64,000 nucleotides of DNA from Antedon mediterranea. Lineage: Eukaryota; Animalia; Echinodermata. The notes under the pieces are model-generated. The model saw only the letters and a program-made list of their open reading frames with translations, made no database searches and was not told the origin of the DNA. Each line of letters starts with the position of its first letter. Position 1 is the first letter of the stretch. The stretch is from assembly GCF_964355755.1 (NCBI RefSeq), contig NC_092679.1, positions 17,219,432 through 17,283,431 on the forward strand. Reading direction: 5' to 3'. Positions 1 to 12,200 of the stretch are shown one piece after another. Position numbers and translations under genes: made by a program.

Positions 1-23
1 ATAAACTGTTTCATATTTTGTAG

Positions 24-1599
24 GTTTTTGCTCTCAATTCTGTGTTATCTACTGACTGTAGTTCCAACACTGTGGATTTTGGAAATCCGTTCCCTCAAAA
101 TTTTGGTGGATGGTATGAATAACAATAGTTGTGGCAATGATAGCAAGATCTCTAACGAAACCTCAACCATTTTGGGATTACAGGTATATATTTTGATATA
201 TGTATATTTATCCAAAGGCAAAATACTGAAAAAATGACAATGCTGTGGGTATCAGTGGCTGGATCTCAAAGGAGATACAAAAAAAAAGCAAAAAGCTAAA
301 TCAAAACAATAAAGTAAAACAGCCAGAAAAGTTAGCAGAGCTTTCGGGCAACACTAGCCCTTCATCAGTGAAGATATATGTATATATATAAATGCTTTTT
401 ATTTTGTATCTCCATTGCGATCCAGCCACTGATACCCACAGCATTGTCATTATTTTCAGTAATTAGCCTTTGGATTTGTTGATACACTGATGCATTTGTG
501 AAGTGGTAGTGTTGACCGAAAGCTCTGCAAATAATTCTGGCTGTTTTACTTTATTGTTTTGATGTTAGCTTTTTACTTATTTTATTTTGTATCACCATTG
601 AGATCCAGCCACAGCATTTTCAGTAATTTGTGTCCGGTGGGTAAAGCCTGTTTTCCTGTCGACGCTATCGTCGTTGATCGTTAACAGTTCAACGACGATC
701 GTTTGAAAACGATCAAGTTGAAATAATAACGATAGCGAGTACCTTTTCCTGTAAATCGTTAACATTTCAATGTTTACGTAGAAGATCGCCGATTATTGTT
801 AACGATAGCGTCGAATAACGTCGACAGGCTTTAGACTGCTTCCAAATAAACTGTTGCAAGTCAGGTAACTGTAACATACTCTTACAACTGTAAATATGCA
901 ACCCTTTAATTGACTTGCATACAAATGTAATCTTTTTTTTTTAAGATGACGCACCAAGAGTGGTCTGTGACCCTTCAACAAATTCTTCTTTTTGTGCTAA
1001 TAATTGGTCGATGGATCCTACCGCGAGGACCAGTCACAAGTGACCAAATATCGCAACTGCTTCTAATCCAGATCGGCATAGGAGCAGATATCCTCGAGTT
1101 CTCGACCGAGGGGTTACGGCTGCCAGAGGTACAGGCCCAAAGTAGCGTTGTGTACGTTATTCTTGCGGTGTGGACTGCCAGCTTATTCCAGTTCACGTTG
1201 TGTTTGACACTTCGTAAGAGACGAAAACCACGGGCAAATGTTAAGGGTTTTCAAAAGTTTAAATCCTTTGCTGGTATGTGTTGTGCGACAGAAGTCTGGA
1301 GTATTGTCGTGACTTCTAGTCTTCAAGACGGCCCATTTTTACTAGTCCGCATCTATCTCATCTCGATTCAAGAAACTCAAAACCAGCTTCTAATCTTTTT
1401 TATGTTGAAAAACATACTTGTGTTACTTCTGCAGTGCTATAGATTATGGGTGTTGTTGAATAGGAGGCTAGACATGAGGCGTTCTCAGCGTATTGCTGTG
1501 AAGCTGGGGAAAGTTAGACATGGGGTGGGTGATGTTGGTACTTTAGATTCAAGAAATAATGGAACGCTGCGACCTGGCATTATGGATACAAAAGTATAA
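24..1599 (+). CDS. TMEM26: TMEM26-like membrane protein, last two coding exons (24..183 and 946..1599); 5' part lies outside the window
   Basis: AG acceptor at 22-23, CAG|GT donor at 183/184 and AG acceptor at 944-945 give a phase-0 in-frame join. Translation FLLSILCYLLTVVPTLWILE...QILLFVLIIGRWILPRG...QLLLIQIGIGADILEF...LQDGPFLLVRIYL...FFMLKNILV resembles TMEM26 family motifs (recognised from memory). Confidence 0.85.
211..630. mobile_element. Penelope-like element terminal-repeat (pLTR) fragments in inverted and tandem arrangement, inside the TMEM26 intron
   Basis: 211..291 is the reverse complement of about 392..475, and about 290..357 is the reverse complement of about 507..575. The unit carries a minimal hammerhead core, which is typical of Penelope pLTRs. 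Confidence 0.6.
336..370 (-). ncRNA. Minimal type I hammerhead ribozyme motif (Penelope-type)
   Basis: Minus strand reads CA-CTGATGA-A-GGGC-TAGTGTT-GCCC-GAAA-GC-TC-TG: CUGAUGA box, stem II GGGC/GCCC, GAAA box, palindromic AGCT stem III, putative cleavage after UC, short stem I CA/UG. A degenerate copy lies on + at about 486..527. Confidence 0.7.
645..830. mobile_element. Small MITE-like element, possibly Harbinger/Tourist type
   Basis: Termini AGCCTG...CAGGCT, internal inverted matches (TCGACGCTATCG / CGATAGCGTCGA), flanked by TAA and TTA. Confidence 0.45.
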
Positions 1600-1609
1600 T
1601 CTATGCGAC

Positions 1610-1810
1610 TATTTAAATTGTGGGAAATCATTTGAATTGTGGGAAACCATTTGAATTATAAAAACTTATTTAAATTGTGGGAAATCATTTGAATTGTGGG
1701 AAATTATTTAAATTGTGTGAGATCATTTGAACTATGGGAAATTATTTGAATTGTGGGAAATTATTTGTATTTTGGGAAATAATTTGAAATGTGGGAATTA
1801 TTTGAATTTA
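1610..1810. repeat. Degenerate ~20-bp tandem repeat in the TMEM26 3' region
   Basis: About 9-10 copies of ATTTGAATTGTGGGAAATy, with more copies near 1965..2025. Confidence 0.8.
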
Positions 1811-3553
1811 TTAAAACTTCACTTAAATCAGTAGTACGCACTCATCAAAAAACACACAAATTGATACAATATCAATAACTTAAATAAAATAATTAAATAA
1901 ATAAAAGTTTTTGAAATAAAAAAAAGCTGACACGGCCGGCGTTTAACCATATAAATGATATTTCTGAATTTTGGGAAATTAACTGAATCATGAGAAATGA
2001 TTAAATTGTGGGAAATAATTTGAATTTAACTGCGGAAAAAAATAAATAATATTAAATTCTAATTAATTTTATTACCTACATATAATAGATAAATTGCTTA
2101 ATTTTGATTAAGGCCTGCTATTGTTATATCTTACTTTGCTAAATCTTTAACTTTTGCGTGTTGTTATACAACACCAGAACAGGACAAAATAAATTATTAT
2201 ATACTATAATGAATTCGGCAATACATGGATTAGAAACTAAAAACACTTCAAAAATGAAAGAGGAAATTTATTGTTCTCTTTTTTAATGCATCAATTGATC
2301 AATTCGACAATTATTTTTGTAAAATCCTTTTGTAATATTGCTTTTGATCTATTTATTCGTAGCAAGGAACAAGGAAATTCCTTTCATAATACAGTAATAC
2401 TGTAGTATAGTAACAGGAAATTTAACATTAAATTTGAAATTTAAAATTGCTATTACGATTTTCCACATTTTTTCAAGGTCAAGCTCAACTCTGCTCAGAG
2501 ATATACTTTATTTGTATATAGGCCCTGCCCTAATATAAAAAAATATTAATTTAGTGTTCCTAATAATAATAATGATCGTTTTGTACTAGATACTACAATT
2601 TTAATTGATTAAATCAATTATTATTCCAACAAAGTCTTCCCAGTTGTATGTTATATATTTATACGTGTATTTTTAACAGCTTGTAAATAAGTTTTATCAA
2701 GATAATTTTACAGATTTTGTTTACATGTATAAAGTAAGTGTTCCTTTAATAGGAGTTTCCCCAGCTGAACAAGAGTTGGTAGTAGCATTAAAACATATCC
2801 CTTCATTAAGCAAATTCTCTTTAATAAGGGTGTACCATTGACATGGGCTAGTGTTAAGTGTTAAAAATGTGTATGATGGGAACATGTCCCTTATTAACTG
2901 TCCCCTTGATGGGGGTGTCCAAATGTGGTTCTGTAGCTGCAAACACGAAACTCACAAAACAATCATAATCATTATTAGGCATGTCACAATGTTTTTAATA
3001 CTTGCCAACAGTGTACTAATTTCAATATTGTGAAAATTTTTAATAATATATGGCCTACTGCATATTTATGGGATATTATGGTACCAATACCAAATGTAGG
3101 TCTACCCGTAAGGTGATTACATTTTTTGATAAACTATTTATATACATAATGCCAAATTTTCTTCCATATTCAATTTAATATGGAAATAGAATGGAAATAT
3201 TATATTAAATGTAAAGTATTTTTCGCTTTTGGTGCAAGTGATATGCTTGAAGAAAACTAGTTATAGTTGACATTTTAATGCATGCGCAGTTTGGTCGTTA
3301 CGATGTTGATTAGTAAGTCTAGCCTTTGGTCTCCTGAAAGGGGAAAGTCTATTAGGCATATACACTATTTATAATCATCATAATTCTTTATTCACCAAAG
3401 GCAAAACGGTATAATAATATGTACAACGAGCTAGATCTATTACCTTTTTACAATAAGCAACATATGTTTTTAATAATGTAATATTATAACTTATATAAAC
3501 CCATTGCAATAAAACATGATTTGTTGTACAACACTTCGTCTCATTTTTAAAAT

Positions 3554-6500
3554 CTAATTATATTGATTTATTTCCAGTGTTAAACTTTGTTTTTCTTTTG
3601 AAAGAATTAGGTCTTTCAAGTTAATAGCCTTCGATCCTATAAGTCTCTCCTTCGCCGACCCATCATTTAAAACCACCTTAAACGCAATAGAGTTCAACGT
3701 ATTAATATCAGAAAAACGAAACTTCTCCATAAATCGCACAGTCCATCCCTCGATCTTTCGTCGGGTGTAAGCCCGCTGGTTCCTTTCTGGCATCACCACA
3801 AGATGGACACGTACGTTAGATTTTCCCCCTGTTCTTCTATCTCTTGTCGTCAATCCATGCATCGATTTTAAAATCACGTATAGCCTTGAAGATTCAGACT
3901 TATAATCGAAGTCTAAATTTAACTTAACACTTGACATGTTATCCTGAAATAGACAAATATGTAAAATAATTAGACAGACATCTACTCAACACAAAATCCT
4001 CTGAAATCCTTCAATCGCATAATTCTGGGAGATTTCAAATTAGAATGTATATTCCTTTATACAAAACAAAATTGATTATTAATATTGCTTGAAGTGAAAG
4101 TGTATGGTAATAAGTATACAAATACTCACGTTATAACTTCCATTGCCGAATTCCATCATTTCAGACTCGTGCGTTCTTTCGTTGCTTGTTATAGTAGGCC
4201 AGTTTCTTCTCGATAAACTTCTGGACGATTCCATTCTACTGGATGAATTTGACATTGAATTTAGCGAGCTTGTTGACGATCCAAGTTTACTGGATCTGTT
4301 GACGGCTTGTGACGACCTGTACCTTGTAAAAGACCCCGATCCTCTATTGGACTCTGCCGATGACGAATAACTTGACAAGTTCCCTGTACTTGCGTACTTC
4401 CTTCCATTCCGATCGGCACCAGACAATCCTCGTGGTCTTGTTGATGACCTTGGTTCTCTCGTACTCCAGTGCCTCATTGAAGACCTCTCTAGACTTCCAT
4501 CTGACGGAATAGACCAGTGCGTACCTTCTGTATCAGCGCGACTGCCGCCATTCCTGGTCATTCTGGCAGCAGTATCGATGGCAGAATCTTCTCCGCCATA
4601 TGAGTACAGTCCGCCAGTCTTCTTGCTGTTTCCATCATATGATCCGCCTGTGGCATACTCGATCGGTGTTCCAGTCCACGGATATATTGGAACGCCGCTT
4701 TGGTAACTTATGCTACTGAGCCGTCGTCCGTCCAATGATGTTCCCCTGTAATCCACGACACCAGAATCAAAGCTGTTAAGACTACTGAAATCTTGATGTG
4801 ATTGGAACGTTGGTGTTTGTGACTGACTACGTTCTTCGTACGATCTTCTATCGTAAGGCAATGACCATAGTTTTGACTCGCTTAAAATACTGAAATTACT
4901 CTCTGATGCCGATTCTCCGGCTTCGTAACCATTTTCGGGTATCGGATCCTTAGACTCCTTTGAATCACTTAGTTTAAATAGCCGTGATAAACTCTTTCCA
5001 AACTTCGTAAGTAGTCCCTTTTCATTCTTCTTCTCCTCTTTTTTACCAGTTCCATCTTTACTTTTAAACGCTTTAACTTCTTCGTCTTTCTTGACTACAG
5101 GTATAACCTTCTTAGAGTATAAATTAACGTGTGCAAATTCATCAGAATCGTAGGACGTTTGAGAAATAGGCCTGGTGCCATCATTTGACCTTTCTACTCG
5201 CCCCCAACTACTAGTTGGTTTAATGTTTTCTTTTGATACCTGTGATCTTGCCACTGCGTCACTCTTTGTACCATGTGATCTGTGGTCCTCTGCACCTTAA
5301 TGAAATAAAAGTAAAATTTCTATTATATTTTTATTTTGTTCACACTACACGTAACCTTTATTTAATTTTACATATATTGGCCTATGCATTTGTATATAAA
5401 TTTTGTAATCTTTTTAACATAACATAATTTTATTTTTTTAACTGATTTTTTCAAATTTCTTAATGTTTTGTATAAATTTTTGTATTTTTTTAAATGTTTC
5501 TGTTTCCATATATTTATATATATATTTTTGTAAATCAACAATTTCAGCCTTCGGGCTGCATGTTTTTATTGTATAAACCTGAATAAATAAATAAAAATAA
5601 ATAAAGTAACATAGGCCATATTACATTTCGTTTAACACCCTTTTAGTGAAGCTATGCTATACACTATCAACATTGATGTGACAAAAAAATGTGATGTGCC
5701 CATATTATGTACATGATGATGTCATATCACTACCATATTTGGGCGTATCACTACCATATTTGGGCGTATCACTACTGTATTTGGGCGGTCACACCATACT
5801 TCACATCACATCATACTAGTTTGATAGTGTAGACATAAAATTAAATGTTAATATATCTAATTTTTCTATAGAAACTCATGTTTTTATGACGGAAGTTATT
5901 TTTGCAATAACAGGCTGTACATGATATTATATTAACTACTCTATTTTAGCCTGTTGGATTAGTTTTAAAAGGCATACTAAACGACGTATTATGGTCTGTT
6001 GCTGTTCCTTTGTACAGTACGGCTTTTCCTAAACACAATTTAGCAGAGATAACAAAAGAGATATCTCAGAGCTATTATTAACTGATTTCTATACTGTACT
6101 TACTGAAAAGTCGTGACGACTATTTTTACCACGTAACTAATTAGCTTTAATTTACTGCTTATGTGCTGTAAAATAGCAGCCTAGGGCTGCCGACAAATTA
6201 ATATGTTTAACGTTCAATTCTAATTGTATAAAGACATTATTTATTAATATTAATACCATAGGTTTTACACCACAATTTGTCTACATATACTAATAGTATA
6301 CTATAGTATTCAAAGTCTAATTTTCATCGGAAACAATTCTGATACTACAGATTATAATATATGCCTTCCGTTTCTGTCGGGCCATCCTCTTTTGTATAAT
6401 AAATAATTGGTTTTTACTAACAAATAACAGTGCATTGGCTATACTTACCATTCCAAGGTAAATATGGTGGATCTTCTTCATTTTCTGAGTTGTCTTTTAT

Positions 6501-6620
6501 CGGTTTGTCTTTTGTCGTCTGCTTCTTTTCGTCAAAGACCTTCTTTTGTAGAAGTTGATCGGCTGGTATATCGAGGAGCATAGCCGACTCTCGACAATTT
6601 TTAAAACACACGAGGCTCAT
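3554..6620 (-). CDS. SYT14/16-derived single-C2 protein, paralog 1 (exons 6620..6449, 5295..4130, 3943..3554; 575 aa): Cys-containing N-terminus, long Ser-rich linker, one C2A-like domain
   Basis: GT/AG junctions in phase 1 and phase 0 give an open 1728-nt frame. The last exon (VKLNLDFDYKSESSRLYV...RTGGKSNVRVHLVVMPERNQRAYTR...FMEKFRFSDI) aligns by eye with the C2A exon at 25391..25804. Confidence 0.75.
5650..5837. mobile_element. Harbinger-derived MITE (family H1), degenerate copy
   Basis: Shares CTACACTATCAAA-like termini and the TGTGACAAAAAAATGTGATGTGCCCATAT subterminal block with the right end of the element at 11869..16419. Confidence 0.7.
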
Positions 6621-8236
6621 ATTTAGACAAACTACCTGTCGAAACTATTCCAATAAACTAAACCATGATCTTGTCACTTGTATTATTTGGTAGCGACTAT
6701 ATAATAAATGTGGAATGCAATTGTGTTTTCGAGGCGAGGTTGGACACGGACGAAAGCTCATCACGTTCGACGACTATTGTCTAGTCTTTTGGTCCTTTAT
6801 ATCTAAGCCTCACTTTAACAATTTATAGTGACAATTGATTGGAATCAAATTCAAGTACATTATCACTTTTAGTTAATCTGTATTTCGTACTAATATCTAC
6901 CCCAATCGCATACTTTAAATTTGACATTACAGTATTTGATCTGATGTATACTATAATGCTCGGTTCGAAATCATTGTGCATGCCCTAAAGGCTTTCACCG
7001 GAGGCCTATGTAGGTCTGATTTTCCCTTCTTCTTTCCCTCTATCCATAGGCTTAGTTATCAAAGCTATAGAGCATCAAAGAAATAAACCAATACGACACA
7101 GCCCAGAATATTGAACAGAGAGAATGATGTTCGGCATTGCCAACACTGATAAATTATTTTTGATGCGGGGACATTATACATCAAGTCGACAAATGTATGA
7201 TATTATCCCGTCGTTGACGAATCCATTATTAATGGCATAAGATCGTATATGTATATCTTATACCAAGGCAATCTATCAACAGGATGCTGAGCGCCGATCA
7301 AAGGGTTTATCTGTGACTGCGACACAACGCTTAACAGACACCGCGGAGAATATGTACATGGTACAGTATTGTTGGTATTTGTCGCAGCCAGACATGAGAT
7401 CGAATGACTGTTACGAGTTCCTATATCTTGGCAAGGCGGGCTCAGTGTCCTGTTGTTACGTTGCCTATATCTTACCAATTACTGCTTCTGAATGATGTTT
7501 ATTGTCTGAGAGAATCCCAATTCAGCCCGTTTTACTTTATTTGGGACGGAATATAACCAGCTTTCATCTCTATCTAGTACATAGACCTCTAATGGCATAT
7601 TATATCGTGGAAATTTGCACGTGTAGTGTTCGTGTTTTGAATTTTAAAGTCGGCCCGGTGTTTACTCAAGAAATAATAGATTCCTGCGATTGTTGTGTGT
7701 CTACTTGTAGTTAGTATTTTTAATCGCTTTTCAACATTTGTATAGTATTTTCTTGTTCATCTTCATGTATAATTTTTTCTGAAATACACAGTGTAAGCAG
7801 AACCTGACCTGCGAGTTTATGTATACTATATTCCATATATTTTCGATCAATAACAAATGATTACAAAAAAAGGAAAATGTGGACTAGCGCCACCAAGTTG
7901 GTTTGAAAGTTAAGTTACAGAAATAACTTCTTACCAACAAACGCATTTGTGCTTGTTCAAACGTGACACTATGTCTACATAACGATGCTTTTCAACTCGG
8001 TTACAATTGATATCATGATAATATAATTTTATAAACACACTGTAACACATTATATCCTTCAAACACAATATGTACAAACGTTTTTACTGTTTAAATATTT
8101 TTTCCATACGTGTTAATCAATGTTATCATTGAAACTTTAAATGGCTATAAAGCAAGTAATACATGGAAAACATCTTATAATGGAAAACAATGTACAGTTA
8201 ATTACTTTTTTACATCATGCTGATTGGAAAAAAATC

Positions 8237-8267
<31 letters not shown>

Positions 8268-8346
8268 CCCATTGTCAGAAGTTTACAAGTGGTTGTTTAC
8301 CACAAGAGGAAAAAAGAACATAGATTAATTTGCGGATAAGACAACT

Positions 8347-8541
8347 ATTGCTACTTCCGCCAGAATTGCGAGAGGTTATGTGATCGATCTCGTGTGTTTG
8401 TGTTTCTTTCTTTCTATATGTTAGTTAGCAGGATTACTCAAAAAGTTATATGCCTGATTTTAAAGGAGGGTTTTATGGGAACAAGTTTTTAAATGTTCAT
8501 GCATGAGCGACGATCTGCGCGCTCTGAGTGCGCTTCTAGTT
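8347..8541 (+). mobile_element. Short non-autonomous Helentron/Helitron-type element remnant
   Basis: 5' ACTTCCGCCA...GAGGTTATG, internal GTTAGCAGGATTACTCAAAAAG, 3' hairpin GCGCGCTCTGAGTGCGC followed by CTAGTT. This layout resembles Helentron-associated short repeats (recognised from memory). Confidence 0.5.
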
Positions 8542-9203
8542 TAATTTATGTCTTAATTCATTAAACTTTAATCATTGTCTGTATCTAAAGCTAAATGTTT
8601 GGAGCAAACGTTAGTGTATTGAATTGATCTTGAATGGTTTTTTTTTTTTCGTTTAATAGTAGATTAAAGATTGATCTTGCTTTGGTCGTTTTTTTTTTAC
8701 TTTGTTAATGGCGGGCTACTTACTATTGAATGTAAATTGAAATAAATAAGTGCTTACAGCAAGTGAGACATGCCATGCTGTAGGCCTACGAATGTTCTAC
8801 TGAATAACTAATAAGTTTTCAGAATGAAAAGAAAAAGATTATAGTCAACCTCAAACTAATGTCAGGGGTTATGACTTAAAAAGTAGTCCTTGACTTTTAA
8901 ACAGTGACAAGTTCAGAATGCAACTTAGTATGAATAAAAACTCAGTAACCGAACCATAATCACGATTGTGCAGTGCTTCAGTAATTTTGTAGAGAAATTT
9001 GCATGAGCCATTGTTTAAATTGTAAAGAAAGTATTAGGCAGCTAGAAACCATGTCGTAAAGAATAAAGAGATTTAACAATCGCACAACGTTCGATGACGG
9101 GGTCAATGAGACTTATTTGAGATTTACGAAATAGTTTCGTATAAGTAGAGGTTGTTGAGATTCGGTAAACTTTTATTCAGTATAACATTTGTAGGCCTAC
9201 AGC

Positions 9204-12200
9204 ATGGCATGTCTCACTTGCTGTAAGCACTTCCCACTAGGTTTCGAAGGTTTGTCCATATTTGGTAAGAAATCAACAACGGTGCGTAAACGAGCTGCTA
9301 GGCCTAGATCTGATGATTCTGATTCAGATGGTACCGAAATTAACTTAGAAAGTTGGATAGTGGAACCACCGTTTGAGCTTGATAATCCGGCATTGTTAAA
9401 AGACGAAGACGAGGAGGAGAAGGTGTCAATCGCTACCAGTAAAGATTCAGGTCATTTTGAAGGCACGGTAGACCCGGTTACAGAGGCTACCACATCCTTT
9501 GCAGAGGACGCGTCAGGTAATCGTAATGTTTTACTTTTTAAGAGACATTTGATATTTTAGACGGTTTAGGACTATACAAATAATACTTTCGTCTTATTCA
9601 GAAAGAAAACGGCATATACCTTAGGATAGGGGCGCGCGTACACACCCCCTTTTGACAGCTAAAATAAAATTAGATATAAATCTATATTTGACAGACTATC
9701 AATATTGAATTGTAAGCTCCCGTTTAAAAATCCTGGATCCGCCTCCGTGTATTACGCACGGCCGGGGCTATAATACTTTCAACTTGACGCTAAAACAGTT
9801 TTAACCACATTGTGCTAAGCCTAATTGTTTCTTATAAAAACAAAACAACCTTCTTATGCCTATATTTCCAATAAATATTTAAGACAATAGTACGTTTTGC
9901 AGTCCTAGAAATGAACAACAATCACGTGCGATGAGACACGACAGGCCTACGTACTAAACATTTAAGAGAAAGTTATATTTCGTTGTTCTGAACAAAATTG
10001 AACTTAACGTATAGAAGTGACAGCGGAGGCATCTTTCCAATACTGTATTTACCTATAGAGATCTGCTTTCATTAATCCTATACAAATATCTATAGTGATA
10101 TCCTTAAATAAAGTATAATGATATTGAATTATTAATGGATAAACAGCTCGCATTATTGTATCTACGAAAAGAAATATTTGAACTGAATTCATTTGCAAGG
10201 CCATGGTACTTTCTATTAAATAAAAACTATTTGTCTAGTTGGCAGACGGTTCGGCTCAATAAGAGTTTAAATAATAACCGTAAATGCCAGAGCCTCTGCG
10301 GTTCATATCCCGCATTGTTGTTTTTTTCAAATCCAAAAGTCACTTTGAACACAATGACCAAACTTAAGTAATACATGCTGAGTTGACGCAGTATTAACTA
10401 TACTAACGTGAATAAATGAAAAGACGTTTACTGATAAATAAAAACAACAATATTTTCGTTCGATTTATCAGTTTTAGGAATCGTTAAAAAAACATTAAGC
10501 ATAGGCCTATCAAAGCAAACAAACGACCACCTTCTGCGTAAATGTCACCGAACTATCACCAAACTGTAAATGTCACAAGACTATATCACCGAACTGTAAA
10601 TGTCACCAAACTGTAAATGTCACCAAACTGTAAATGTCACCAAACTGTAAATGTCACCAAACTGTAAATATCACCAAACTGTAAATGTCACCAAACTGTA
10701 AATGTCACCAAACTGTAAATGTCACCAAACTGTAAATGTCACCAAACTGTAAATGTCACCAAACTGTAAATGTCACCAAACTGTAAATGCCACCAAACTG
10801 TAAATATCACCAAACTGTAAATGTCACCAAACTGTAAATGTCACCAAACTGTAAATGTCACCAAACTGTAAATATTACCAAACTATATCACCAAACGGTA
10901 AATGTCAAATTCTCACCAAATTATAAACGTCACCACCAAACTTTAAATGTCGCTAAACTGTAAATGTCGCCAACCTATATCCCCAAAATGTAAATGTCAC
11001 CAAACTACATCACCAAACTGTAAATATCACTAAAATCTCACCAATAATTATAAATGTTGCCAAACTTTAAATGTCACCAAACTATATCACCAAACTGTAA
11101 ATGTCACTAAACTGTAAATGTTACCAAACTATATCACCAAACTGTAAATGTTACCAAACTATATCACCAAACTGTAAATGTCACTAAACTGTAAATGTTA
11201 CCAAACTATATCACCAAACTGTAAATGTTACCAAACTATATCACCAAACTGTAAATGTCACTAAATTATATCACCAAACTGTAAATGTCACCAAACTATA
11301 TCACCAAACTGTAAATGTCACTAAATTATATCACCAAACTGTAAATGTCACCAAACTGTAAATGTCACTAAATTATATCACCAAACTGTAAATGTCACCA
11401 AACTACATCACCAAACTGTAAATGTTGCTAAACTGTAAATGTCACTAAATTATATCACCTAACTGTAAATGTCACTAAATTATATCACCTAACTGTAATT
11501 GTCACCAAACTGTAAATGTCACCAAACTGTAAATGTCGCTAAACTGTAAATGTTACCAAACTAAATCACCAAACTGTAAATGTCATTGACTTATATCACC
11601 TAACTGTACCATAAATGTCACCAAACTTTGTCACAAATTTGTAAATATCACCAATCTACTATATGTCCCCAATACAAATTATACTGTCTTTTTGCTCATA
11701 CAATGTTTTTGGTAATTTATTTTTTGTACCACAGCGACTGAAATAGAACCACAAGCAAGACCTCGAAGTGAAACCATTAGCACCAGTACGCCGAGTTCTG
11801 AAATTACCCATAAGCCACCGGTAAGGACCTCTAATCCAATTTTACACTAAAATGAACATTCGTTCTTAAGCTCTGTCTACATCATCAAAATTTATCAAAA
11901 AAGTATCAAATAAAATTTGATGAAACAATATCGTCAAAATACATCAATAATTTGATGCACTTTGATGAAACGTAATTAACAAATCTGATTGGTTGGTATG
12001 ACTTTTAGTGTTTTTTTATTGGTCAAAAGGTGTTTCATAATTTTAAACGTCTACACTATCAAATTTTTTAATATCAAATTTAATCAAATAGTAGAAAGAT
12101 GGAGCAGGAGAAGGTGGCTGCTGTGTGTCTCATTACTGGTATTATGTTAAAAAGAAAGAGAGAGAATGAAGAAAAGAAAAAAGAAAAGAGGATGTGGATT

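Noticed and set aside
7050-7720. Possible decayed piggyBac-like transposase fragment (VVDESII) between the two paralogs
   Set aside because: Only one short motif, frames are broken and I found no termini.
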